From contig OY729431.1 in NCBI GenBank assembly GCA_963422395.1, forward strand, positions 1,856,001 to 1,920,000: a stretch of 64,000 nucleotides of DNA. The letters run 5' to 3'. The notes beneath the pieces are model-generated. The model was not told the origin of the DNA. It saw only the letters and a list, made by a program, of their open reading frames with translations, and made no database searches. The translations under genes were made by a program, and so were the position numbers. Below, piece by piece: positions 10,479-19,186 of this stretch (its first letter is position 1; every line of letters begins with the position of its first letter). The stretch comes from Vicinamibacteria bacterium (GTDB lineage: Bacteria; Acidobacteriota; Vicinamibacteria; Marinacidobacterales; Marinacidobacteraceae).

Positions 10479-10530
10479 CAGGGATCTCCTTCGGAGGTTT
10501 GCGAAGAGATTGGAGAGAGGATCGCGGCGG

Positions 10531-11733
10531 TCAGCGCGGAAAAGAGAAGCCGATATCCACCGAGAACAGCACGAGCGTCGGATCTATCGTCGAACTCCAG
10601 GTGGTTTCCACGAGGGTCTTCGGATCCGAAACGAGGGTGCCCAAGTCGAAAAGGATCGTCATGTCCGTGGTGAGGGGCGGGCCCCAGACGACATCCACCC
10701 GGGGGCGAATCAGGAACCGGCCCCTGCGGAACCCGAGACTCAGGGAGCCGGTATGCACGAGATGGCTCCGATCGGCTTCGAACACGAACTCCGCCACCGT
10801 GATCGGGGCCCCCTGGGCCGCCAGCTCCGCCTCCAGGTCGGAGATCAGGGCGCCCGACTGCAGATCGTCGGTCAGGTCGTCGGTGGCCCGAATCCATCCC
10901 GTGCCGAAGCCGATTGCGAGCTCGACGGCCCCGTCCCGGAAGCGAAAGGTGCGCAGCGCCGAGGCCAGCACGAGGTCGGCGCGGGAAGAAACCGAGCTCT
11001 GAACCGCCCCCATCGATACCCCGAGAGAGGCGGTTTCCGGGGAATCCTGGAGGAGCTCCGACGGGGTGAGATCGGGACTTCGGAGCACGAAGTAGCTGCC
11101 CTCGAAGCCCCAATTCCCATAGAGCAGCCGTGTCCCCGCGCCCCCGCCGAACTCCCGGCTCCAGCGGGAATCCGAGACGGAATCCGTGTCCAGCTCGGAA
11201 CCGGCTCGCGCGCTGATGGAGTCGGTGGCGGACACCTGGAGCAGGGACAGTCCGCCGCGCCCGAAGACTTCAGCGCGGAAGCGGGGCGGCGGGATCATCT
11301 TGGCAGCGGTCGAGATCGTCTCGCCGCCGGTCGGTATCTCGACGGCCGCCTGCTCGAAATCCGGGGGGCCGAACAGGCCCTTCGCGCTGCGGCTGAAACC
11401 GTAGCCCTCGATCGGAACACCGAAAAAGTTGGTGTCCAGCACCCCGTTGCCGTTCTCGTCGTGGAAGACCGCGACCGCGTAGCGGCCCGCCGGCAGGTCG
11501 GGAAAGAGGAAGCGGAGCACTCCGGGAGCGGCCTTCATCCACTGCGCGGCCACCGCACCCTCGGCATCGGGGAATTGCTCCGCACCGGCCTCGCGATGGA
11601 GGGCCGCCATGACCCTTCCGGAATCGTGCGCGGCCAAACGCACGGTGACCTCCAGGTCATCGCCGAATCCGGGATGCGCTGCCGCCAAGACCGCCAGGGC
11701 GGCGGAAAAGAACGATGTCGTGATCTTTGGCAT
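10531..11733 (-). CDS. DUF2141 domain fused to an unknown C-terminal domain (possibly beta-barrel)
   Basis: First ~145 aa are near-identical to 10011-10478. The remaining ~250 aa has alternating beta-strand patterns and ends VDIGFSFPR. Confidence 0.75.
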   Translation of the reverse strand: MPKITTSFFSAALAVLAAAHPGFGDDLEVTVRLAAHDSGRVMAALHREAGAEQFPDAEGAVAAQWMKAAPGVLRFLFPDLPAGRYAVAVFHDENGNGVLDTNFFGVPIEGYGFSRSAKGLFGPPDFEQAAVEIPTGGETISTAAKMIPPPRFRAEVFGRGGLSLLQVSATDSISARAGSELDTDSVSDSRWSREFGGGAGTRLLYGNWGFEGSYFVLRSPDLTPSELLQDSPETASLGVSMGAVQSSVSSRADLVLASALRTFRFRDGAVELAIGFGTGWIRATDDLTDDLQSGALISDLEAELAAQGAPITVAEFVFEADRSHLVHTGSLSLGFRRGRFLIRPRVDVVWGPPLTTDMTILFDLGTLVSDPKTLVETTWSSTIDPTLVLFSVDIGFSFPR

Positions 11734-11745
11734 CAGGCCATCTCC

Positions 11746-12408
11746 TCATTCGAGGGTTCGCGCAAGAGTTCGCGCAAGAAATCGAGAAGGTCGGGTGGTT
11801 TGCGAAGCGGCCGGAGGGAGACCCGCTGCCCCACAAGCCCGGCCCGGCCGATCGGCATCCTTCGCGGCGAGAGCGCGCAGCTCCTCGAGCGCGCGGTCGC
11901 ACCAGCCGAGCTGCGCCTCGGCCTGATCGAGCCCGTAAAGCAGCGTCATCCGCCAGAAGGGCATTCGTGGATCGGGGCCCGGCCGCCGCGCGAGATCGGC
12001 GGCGATCTCCCGGTAGCGAGCGAGTGCGGCGGCGGCGCGGGCCCGCGCCGACTCGACATGGGCCAAACAGACCGGCAGCGGAACTTCATCCCCGAAGAAC
12101 AGCTTGAGCAGGAGCTCGTTCCGGGGCGGCCGGTCGGCCACCGGCGCCGAAAGCCAGGCGCGCAGCGCCGCACGGCCCCGAGCCGTGATTCCATAGACAT
12201 GGCGAATCCGCCGCCCGGTGCGGTCGTCCTCCTGCCTGGTGACCCAGCCTTCCTCGGCGAGCGCCTTCAGCATCGGATAGATCTGGCTGTACCCCTCCGA
12301 CCAGAAGTTCCCGACACTCCGGGCGACCACCTGTTTGAGGTCGTAGCCGGACATCGGGCGCCAGGTCAGAAACCCCAGCAGGGCGAAGGCGGTTCGGTTT
12401 TCAATCAT
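11746..12408 (-). CDS. PadR family transcriptional regulator
   Basis: ALLGFL..PMSGYDLK..FWSEGYSQIYP.L..L, YGIT..GR, ELLLKLFF. Confidence 0.92.
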   Translation of the reverse strand: MIENRTAFALLGFLTWRPMSGYDLKQVVARSVGNFWSEGYSQIYPMLKALAEEGWVTRQEDDRTGRRIRHVYGITARGRAALRAWLSAPVADRPPRNELLLKLFFGDEVPLPVCLAHVESARARAAAALARYREIAADLARRPGPDPRMPFWRMTLLYGLDQAEAQLGWCDRALEELRALAAKDADRPGRACGAAGLPPAASQTTRPSRFLARTLARTLE

Positions 12409-12411
12409 GAG

Positions 12412-12460
12412 TATCTCTTCGATAGGTAGGGATTATATATCTTTTCAATATATATGTCAA
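12412..12460 (-). promoter_or_regulatory. Perfect sigma70 promoter of the padR operon with an operator-like inverted repeat
   Basis: TTGACA (12460-12455), 17 nt, TATAAT (12437-12432). TATATAT-N7-ATATATA inverted repeat at 12434-12454; related TATC-N5-GATA at 12412-12424. Confidence 0.85.
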
Positions 12461-12491
12461 CTACATTGAGAGGGCTCTAGACTCCGCGCCG

Positions 12492-14420
12492 ATGATCGCC
12501 GTCCTGGAGGACGCCGTGCGGAAGGCCGCCGCCGCCCTCGGGGCGCCGGACTTCCCGGTGGCCTCGGAGGTTCCCCCCTCGCCGGAACAGGGAGATGTGG
12601 CGTTCCCGGCGGCTTTCGGGCTGGCGAGAACCCTCCGCCGCCCGCCCCGGGCCATCGCGGAAGGGCTGGCCGAGTCGCTTCGGGAGCGCCCCGAAGTCCA
12701 GCGGATCGTCCAGCGGGTGGAAGTGGCGGGGCCCGGGTATGTCAACCTGTTCCTGCGGCGGGCGCAGTGGCTCGCCCAGCCGGACCCCGGGGTGGATCCG
12801 GAAGCGCCGGAAGGGGTCCACATCGTCGAGCACACCTGCATCAACCCGAACAAGGCCGCGCACCTCGGCCACTTGCGGAACGCAGCACTCGGGGACTCCT
12901 TCGCCCGCATCCTCCGGTTCCTCGGGCGGCGGGTCGAAGTGCAGAACTACATCGACGACACCGGCGTACAGGTCGCGGATGTCGCCCTCGGCTTCTATCG
13001 CCTCCGGGGAGAAGACGCCGATGCAGTGCGCCGCCTCGCGCGCCGCCCGCGCTTCGACTTCCTCTGCTGGGACCTCTACCGCGAGGTGTCGCGCCGCATC
13101 GATGCCGATCCCGCCTTCGCCGCCGCCCGCCGGGAGGCCCTCCACGGGCTGGAACACGGCGAGGCTCCCTGGTCGGAGATCGGGGCGGTCGTCGCCGAAG
13201 CCATCGCCCGCCGCCACCTCGAAACGATGGAACGGATCGGCGTCCGCTACGACTTGCTGCCCTGCGAGAAGACGATCCTGCGCCTCCACTTCTGGGATCG
13301 CGCTTTCGAACTGCTGCGGGCGAAGGGAGCCATCCGCCGGAGCCGCTCCGGCAAGAACCGGGACTGCTGGGTGATGGACACCGATCTCGCCCAGGACGGG
13401 GAGAAGGTCATCGTCCGCTCGAACGGGACTGTGACCTATGTGGGGAAGGACATCGCCTACCAGATGTGGCAGCTCGGCCTGCTGGACCGGGAATTCCGCT
13501 ACCGGCGCTTTCACGACTACGCCGACGGTTCGGCGGCCTGGATCACCACCGACGGCCGCGGCGATCCCGCCGCCCCGCGCTTCGGCGCCGGCGCGCTGGT
13601 CCACCATGTGATCGACGCCCGGCAGTCCTATCCGCAGCAGGTGGTCCAGGAGGCGGTCGCGCGGCTGAGCTCGGAGTCGGAACGCTCCCGGACCCGGCAC
13701 TTCGCCTACGAGATGGTCGCTCTCACTCCGGCGACATTCGCGGCGATGGGGTCGCCCGGGAGCGGGGGCGGGAGCGGGGGCGCAGTGGAGATGTCCGGCC
13801 GGAAGGGAGTGGGGATCAAGGCCGACGACCTCCTCGACACACTCGTAGCCCGAGCGCAGGCCGAAGTCTCGTCGCGGAACCCCGATCTCGGAGCCGCAGT
13901 GCCGGAGGCGCTCGCCCGCGACATCGCGGTGGGCGCCCTTCGCTACTTGATGGTGCAGGTGACGAAGAACCAGCGGATCGTCTTCGATATCGAGGAAGCG
14001 CTGAGCTTCGACGGCGCCACCGGCCCCTATCTCCAATACGCAGCGGTGCGCGCCCGGAACATCCTGACCCGGCTCGACCTCCCGGCGTCGAAGCACCGCA
14101 GAGGTCCGCCCGAAGAGTTCGACGAACGGCTGGCCCGGCTCGATCCGACGGAGGCCCGAGATCTCTGGATCCTGGTCCGGGAGGCTTCTGGACTCCACGC
14201 CGCCGCCGCCCGCGCCCGGGACGAAGAGGACCCACAAGTGCTGGCGCGCTGGGCCTATGAGGGAGCACAACGCTTCCACGGCTTCTACCACCGCTACCGG
14301 GTAGCGGGAGAAACCGACGAGAACGCCCGAAGCCTGCGCGCCTACGCCATCGAAGTCTTTTTCACCCAGCACGCCAAGGGGCTGGAGCTTCTGGGGATTC
14401 CGATTCCGGAGCGGATGTGA
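12492..14420 (+). CDS. argS: Arginine--tRNA ligase
   Basis: EHTCINPNKAAHLGHLRN (HIGH motif), RSNGTVTY, MSGRKG, GPYLQYA. Confidence 0.96.
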   Translation: MIAVLEDAVRKAAAALGAPDFPVASEVPPSPEQGDVAFPAAFGLARTLRRPPRAIAEGLAESLRERPEVQRIVQRVEVAGPGYVNLFLRRAQWLAQPDPGVDPEAPEGVHIVEHTCINPNKAAHLGHLRNAALGDSFARILRFLGRRVEVQNYIDDTGVQVADVALGFYRLRGEDADAVRRLARRPRFDFLCWDLYREVSRRIDADPAFAAARREALHGLEHGEAPWSEIGAVVAEAIARRHLETMERIGVRYDLLPCEKTILRLHFWDRAFELLRAKGAIRRSRSGKNRDCWVMDTDLAQDGEKVIVRSNGTVTYVGKDIAYQMWQLGLLDREFRYRRFHDYADGSAAWITTDGRGDPAAPRFGAGALVHHVIDARQSYPQQVVQEAVARLSSESERSRTRHFAYEMVALTPATFAAMGSPGSGGGSGGAVEMSGRKGVGIKADDLLDTLVARAQAEVSSRNPDLGAAVPEALARDIAVGALRYLMVQVTKNQRIVFDIEEALSFDGATGPYLQYAAVRARNILTRLDLPASKHRRGPPEEFDERLARLDPTEARDLWILVREASGLHAAAARARDEEDPQVLARWAYEGAQRFHGFYHRYRVAGETDENARSLRAYAIEVFFTQHAKGLELLGIPIPERM

Positions 14421-15076
14421 ATCCGCCCGCCAACGCCGTGCGGCATCTCGAGCGACGGGGGCGCGGGGTGGCCTGGCGGCTCGTGAGGACGGCGGCCATC
14501 TCGCTCGCCGCCGGCTGGTTGCTGCTTTCCTACGGCGCCCAGATCTTCCGGATCGAAGGCGCGAGCATGGCCCCCGCGCTTCGTTCCGGAGAACGAGTCC
14601 TGGTGGACAAGGTCGGCGTCCGGCTCGGCGGAGTCCGGCGGGGAGATGTGGTCGTCTTCCGCTCTCCGGCGGATTCCGGAACGGTCCTGGTGAAACGGAT
14701 CGCCGCGCTGCCGGGAGACACCGTGCACTTCCTCGACGACGAGGTGTCGGTGACCCCGAACTCCGCCCCCGCACCCGACGCCCGGAACGAGCAGGAGGCG
14801 ACTTTCCTGCGGGCGCTTTCACCGCTGGTGAAGGCCGCCGCCGACGAGCCGCCTGCCGGCTCTCGGCCGCCACCCGACGCAATCCACCACCGGCAGCCTC
14901 CCGCTCCGGGCGCAGTGGGGATGCGGGTGAGCCCCGGGCGCCTCTTCGTCCTCGGGGACAACCGCAGCCAGAGCAGCGACAGCCGTCACTGGGGGCTGCT
15001 ACCCGAGGACGCGGTCCTCGGCAGAGCCATCCTGCGCGTCTTTCCGCTGCAGCGGATGGGACGGGTTCCCCGGTGA
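14417..15076 (+). CDS. lepB: Signal peptidase I
   Basis: GASMAPAL (Ser), LVKRI (Lys), LGDNR..S.DSRHWG. Confidence 0.92.
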   Translation: MNPPANAVRHLERRGRGVAWRLVRTAAISLAAGWLLLSYGAQIFRIEGASMAPALRSGERVLVDKVGVRLGGVRRGDVVVFRSPADSGTVLVKRIAALPGDTVHFLDDEVSVTPNSAPAPDARNEQEATFLRALSPLVKAAADEPPAGSRPPPDAIHHRQPPAPGAVGMRVSPGRLFVLGDNRSQSSDSRHWGLLPEDAVLGRAILRVFPLQRMGRVPR

Positions 15077-16704
15077 GCGCCGCTCCCGCTCCTCCGGCCT
15101 CCCGGCCCACATCGCCCGGGGCCGAAGCGGCCGGCGCCGAAGACCGCGGTTTCCTACGGACCCTGCCGATCTCCCCGGGATCGTTCTTCGCCGGCTGGGC
15201 GCGAGAGCCCGGCCGTTTCTCCGACCTCCTCCCCAACCCCTTCGCCGCCGGGGCGCTCGGCGCCGCCGCGGATCGCCCGCCGCACCCGGAAGGCCGGCGC
15301 CGCGCTGCCGCCGCCGCACTCACCGCGACGAACCGGGCCTGGGGCGCCTGCCCGCGCGCACTCGGCGCCGCCGCGAGCCTGGCCGATTCCGCCACGCTCG
15401 CGGTGGTCACCGGACAACAGCCCGGACTCTTCGGAGGCCCCCTCTATTCGCTGGTCAAGGCCCTGTCCACAGTCGCCGCCGCCCGCCGCCTCGAGGCGGT
15501 TTCCGGCCGCCCCGCGGCGGCGGTGTTCTGGATCGAAGGCGACGACCACGATTTCGAGGAGATCCGGAACGCCTGGCTGCTCGACCGCGCCGGCACCCCC
15601 CGCTGCCTGCGCTACCGGCCGGGGGAGGAAAGCCCTGGACTGCCGGCGTTCCGCCGGATCCTCGACGGGTCCGTGGGGGAGCTCCTGGCGGAGCTGAAAG
15701 CGCTCCTGCCAGCGACGGAGTTTCGCAGCGAGGCGCTTCTCGCACTCTCGGACGCCTACGCCCCCGGACGGCCGCTGAGCGAGGCCTTCGGGCGGCTGAT
15801 GCTGCAGCTGACCCGCGGCACCGGGTTGATCGTCATGGATCCCACCGTGCCCGAGCTGAAGCGCCTGGCATCTCCGGTGTACGAGACTGCGATGCTGCGA
15901 GAAACCGAAGGCCGCCGCCGGATCGGGGAAACGACGCGCCGGATCGAGGCCGCCGGGTACCGGGGGCAGGCTGCCGCCGAGGGGTACGGCGTCTTTCGGA
16001 CCGGGGCGAACGGGGTGCGCCTGCGGCTCGCCGCCGGGGAGACGCTGCCCCCCGAAGCCGAGTCGTGGAGCGCGGCGGTCCTCCTCCGGCCGCTGGTGCA
16101 GGATTTTCTGCTGCCGACCGCCGCCTATGTGGGCGGTCCCTCCGAAATCGCCTACCACGCCCAGCTCGGGGGCCTCTACGAACTCCACGGGATCCCCCGG
16201 CCGTTCGTGATCCCGCGGCATCAGATCTCGGTGCTGAGTGCATCCCAGCTACGGGTGCTCGACGAGGACGGCATCGGGTTCGACGAACTCTCGGCCGGGG
16301 ACGAGGCGGCGCTGAACCGCAAGGCGGCCGATCCAGCGGCGCGGCAGGCGATTTCCGGCGCACAGGAGGCGGTGACGACCCATCTCCGGGAAGTGGAAGG
16401 GGCCGTCGGCGCACTCGACGGCAGCCTGACCGCCGCCTCTCGCCGCGCCCTCGGGAAGATGCTTCAGATCCTGGGAGATCTGGACGCCAAGGCCGTCCGC
16501 GCTGCCAAACGGCGCGACGAAGAACGGCGCCAGCGATTCCTGCGCGCCCGGAATGCGCTCTTCCCCGCCGGGACCCCGCAGGAGCGCCGGCTCGGCCCCA
16601 TCGTCTTCTGGAACCGTTATGGACCCGGCTTCGCCGGTTGGCTGCTCGACGCCCTCGAACACCCGGACTCCGACCGCCGAGCCCGGAATCTGCTGCTGCG
16701 CTGA
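15073..16704 (+). CDS. bshC: Bacillithiol biosynthesis cysteine-adding enzyme
   Basis: VVTGQQPGLFGGPLY, FWIEGDDHDFEE, LLRPLVQD.LLPT..YVGGPSEIAY, PQER. Confidence 0.92.
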   Translation: MSAAPAPPASRPTSPGAEAAGAEDRGFLRTLPISPGSFFAGWAREPGRFSDLLPNPFAAGALGAAADRPPHPEGRRRAAAAALTATNRAWGACPRALGAAASLADSATLAVVTGQQPGLFGGPLYSLVKALSTVAAARRLEAVSGRPAAAVFWIEGDDHDFEEIRNAWLLDRAGTPRCLRYRPGEESPGLPAFRRILDGSVGELLAELKALLPATEFRSEALLALSDAYAPGRPLSEAFGRLMLQLTRGTGLIVMDPTVPELKRLASPVYETAMLRETEGRRRIGETTRRIEAAGYRGQAAAEGYGVFRTGANGVRLRLAAGETLPPEAESWSAAVLLRPLVQDFLLPTAAYVGGPSEIAYHAQLGGLYELHGIPRPFVIPRHQISVLSASQLRVLDEDGIGFDELSAGDEAALNRKAADPAARQAISGAQEAVTTHLREVEGAVGALDGSLTAASRRALGKMLQILGDLDAKAVRAAKRRDEERRQRFLRARNALFPAGTPQERRLGPIVFWNRYGPGFAGWLLDALEHPDSDRRARNLLLR

Positions 16705-16740
16705 ACCGTCCAGAGCGCCGCGTCAGGGCCCCGCCGAGTC

Positions 16741-17796
16741 TCAGGGCCGCGCCGGATTCGCATCGGGGAAGGAACACACCACCGGCCGGAACGCCGGCTG
16801 GCTCGCCGCCGCGAGGCGGGCTCCCGAAGCGGACACGGAACCGGCGATGGAACCGGGAACGAAACCGGTTGGGTCCACATCCACATCGGTGTTCCCTGCG
16901 GGCCTCGCATAGAGCACCCGGGCGTGGAAGATGTCCCACTCGGTGAAGTGCGGAGGCTCGAGCTCCCCCGAGTACCACATGTGCGAAGGGCGGTGGCCCC
17001 CCACCGGATGGAAGAGGCCCATCACATGACCGATCTCGTGGTGCACCGCCCAGGTCTCGGAAAGGTGGCGGAACACCACCACATTCGCAGGGCCGCCCAC
17101 CCGGAAAGCGAAAGCGTCTGCGGTATCCGCGAACTCGGAGACTTCGGCGGCGTTCCAGCGCAGGATCACCGTCCCCGGGGTCATGTCCGCAGGCGGTTCC
17201 GGAGTGGCCTCGATGTGTTCTCCGGTAAGCCGCCCGCCGCTCAGCAGCGGCAGGGTGACCCGGATGGCCTCCCGCACGAACGCGACCGTCTCCTCGGGAA
17301 TCTCCGCACCGGTGGTCGGCTCCGGGCGGGTGTCGATGAAGAAGCGGGGCTCGGAATCCCACCGCGTGAGCGGCAGCAGATCGTCTGTACCGTTTCGTGC
17401 GATCTCACGATAGAACGCGAGCGTCCAGGGCCCGCTTTCGGGGATGGCGTCCAGCCGGACTCCCTCGGCCGGAGCGCGGATGGTGGTGGTGCGCTCTACG
17501 ATGCCAGGCCCCGAGATGGTGAGGCGATGGAGGCCCGGAGGCAGACGCATCGCGAAGGAGCCGTCGCCCGCCGACCGCGTGGAGACCCCGGCGGCGCTCA
17601 GGGCCGCCCCGGACACCGGGCGCCCGTCCACGGTGGTGGTGAGCGAGCCGAAGACATTTCCCGCACCCAGCGCCGCGGAATCGCCCAGACCGGTGTGCAG
17701 CCTCGGGGAAGGAGTCGTCGCCGGGGACGAGGAGCCGCAGCCAGCGAAGAGAGCAGCTGGAAGCAACAGGGAAAGCAGCGGGGGGGCGCGTCTCAC
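16741..17796 (-). CDS. Lipoprotein with carboxypeptidase-regulatory-like domain and metzincin (matrixin-like) zinc protease domain
   Basis: FAGC lipobox, HEIGHVMGLFH zinc motif, Met-turn SHM. GTG overlaps the upstream stop. Confidence 0.75.
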   Translation of the reverse strand: MRRAPPLLSLLLPAALFAGCGSSSPATTPSPRLHTGLGDSAALGAGNVFGSLTTTVDGRPVSGAALSAAGVSTRSAGDGSFAMRLPPGLHRLTISGPGIVERTTTIRAPAEGVRLDAIPESGPWTLAFYREIARNGTDDLLPLTRWDSEPRFFIDTRPEPTTGAEIPEETVAFVREAIRVTLPLLSGGRLTGEHIEATPEPPADMTPGTVILRWNAAEVSEFADTADAFAFRVGGPANVVVFRHLSETWAVHHEIGHVMGLFHPVGGHRPSHMWYSGELEPPHFTEWDIFHARVLYARPAGNTDVDVDPTGFVPGSIAGSVSASGARLAAASQPAFRPVVCSFPDANPARP

Positions 17797-19034
17797 GATC
17801 CTGCCGCCCTTCTCGGACGCTTTTCTTCCGGACCCCGGATCTCTCCCGCGGCCGCTCCGGTGAAGATCGCGTTCGAGATCTGCCCGACGAGATTTCCGCT
17901 CGTCCGCAGATGGTCGAGCGGCCGCTCCACCGCAAACACCAGCGCCGAGAGCGACACCGGCAGGCCGGCGGCGCCGAGCAGGATGGTGAGGTTCACGAAG
18001 CTCGCGCCCGGCACTCCCGATACCGCCAGCGAGGAAAGCACCGCGGTCAGCCAGAGGACTCCGAGATCTCCGGCAGCGAGCGGCTGGCCGACGAGCTGCG
18101 CGATCGCCACCACCGAGATCACCTGGTAGATGCCGCTCGAATCTCGACCCACCGCTGCGCCGAGCGGCAGCACGAATCCCGCCACCCGCCCCGAGATCCC
18201 GGATTCGCGCGGGACCGCCGCCATCGAGATCGGCAGCGCGGCGGCGGTCGAGACCGAGGCGAAGGCGACCGGCAGCGGCTCGCGGAGCGCGCGGAAGAGG
18301 TTGCCGAGCGGCTGGCGGGCGAGGAACCGGACCGCCCCGCCGTGTATCCCGAAGACATGGACCAGAGTGGCGATCAGCACCACGACCATGTACCAGGCGA
18401 GCGTCCCCAGGATTCCGAGCCCGGACTGGCCCACCACCGCGGCGAGGATCGCAAACACCCCTACCGGGGCCAGCCGAACGACCCAGTGGACGATGCGGTA
18501 GAGAACATCGTTCACGGCTTCGAGCACCGCGAGGAGCGGCCTCGTCCGCTCCCGGCCGAGGGCGTTCAGGGCGAATCCGCACAGGATCGCCAGGAAGAGG
18601 ACCTGCAAGACATCCCCCTCGGCGAAAGCGCGCACCACATTGGAGGGCACGATGCCGACCAGGATGTCGAACGCCGAACGCGCCTCGCCCGCTGCTCCGG
18701 GGCGGACCTCCCGCTCCGCTCCGCCGAGTGCGGAGATATCCACCCCCTGCCCCGGCCCGAGCCATACCGCGAAGCCGATCCCGATAGCGAGAGCGATGCC
18801 CAGGGTGATCAGGTTGTAGGCGACCGCCCGAACTCCGATGCTCCCGGCCGCACGGCCGCCGGTCCGGGTCAGCGCGAGCGTCAGGGTGACGAAGACCAGG
18901 GGCGCGACGATCATCCGCAGCAGCTGGACGAACAGGTCCGCCACCGGCGAAAGCAGCGCGGCGTGCTCTCCGAGCAGGATCCCCGCGAGCACTCCGCCCA
19001 CTGCTCCGAGGCCGACGAGCAGGTGGAGGGGCAA
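17793..19034 (-). CDS. Dicarboxylate/amino acid:cation symporter (DAACS)
   Basis: LLRMIVAPLVF, LQVLFLAI, AFASVSTAAALP, FVLPLGA, DHLRTSGN; multiple TM segments. Confidence 0.9.
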   Translation of the reverse strand: MPLHLLVGLGAVGGVLAGILLGEHAALLSPVADLFVQLLRMIVAPLVFVTLTLALTRTGGRAAGSIGVRAVAYNLITLGIALAIGIGFAVWLGPGQGVDISALGGAEREVRPGAAGEARSAFDILVGIVPSNVVRAFAEGDVLQVLFLAILCGFALNALGRERTRPLLAVLEAVNDVLYRIVHWVVRLAPVGVFAILAAVVGQSGLGILGTLAWYMVVVLIATLVHVFGIHGGAVRFLARQPLGNLFRALREPLPVAFASVSTAAALPISMAAVPRESGISGRVAGFVLPLGAAVGRDSSGIYQVISVVAIAQLVGQPLAAGDLGVLWLTAVLSSLAVSGVPGASFVNLTILLGAAGLPVSLSALVFAVERPLDHLRTSGNLVGQISNAIFTGAAAGEIRGPEEKRPRRAAGS

Positions 19035-19186
19035 ACGAAGGTGCAGGCGAAGAAGCCGGGGAAGCGGAAACTCCGAAGTCTCCCGGCAGAGTCCCCGGCG
19101 GGGACCCTACGAAGACTCCGAGCCTCTCGAGATGGTACCCGGGGCCGATTCCCTCCGGGGCAGACTCCTAGACTTCCGCCGCTCGC

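Noticed and set aside
11756-11779. 12-bp tandem repeat GTTCGCGCAAGA x2 at the padR 3' end
   Set aside because: Only two units; an in-frame micro-duplication in a non-conserved tail.
19035-19186. SAM or cobalamin riboswitch upstream of metH
   Set aside because: No recognisable conserved riboswitch core in this short divergent intergenic region.
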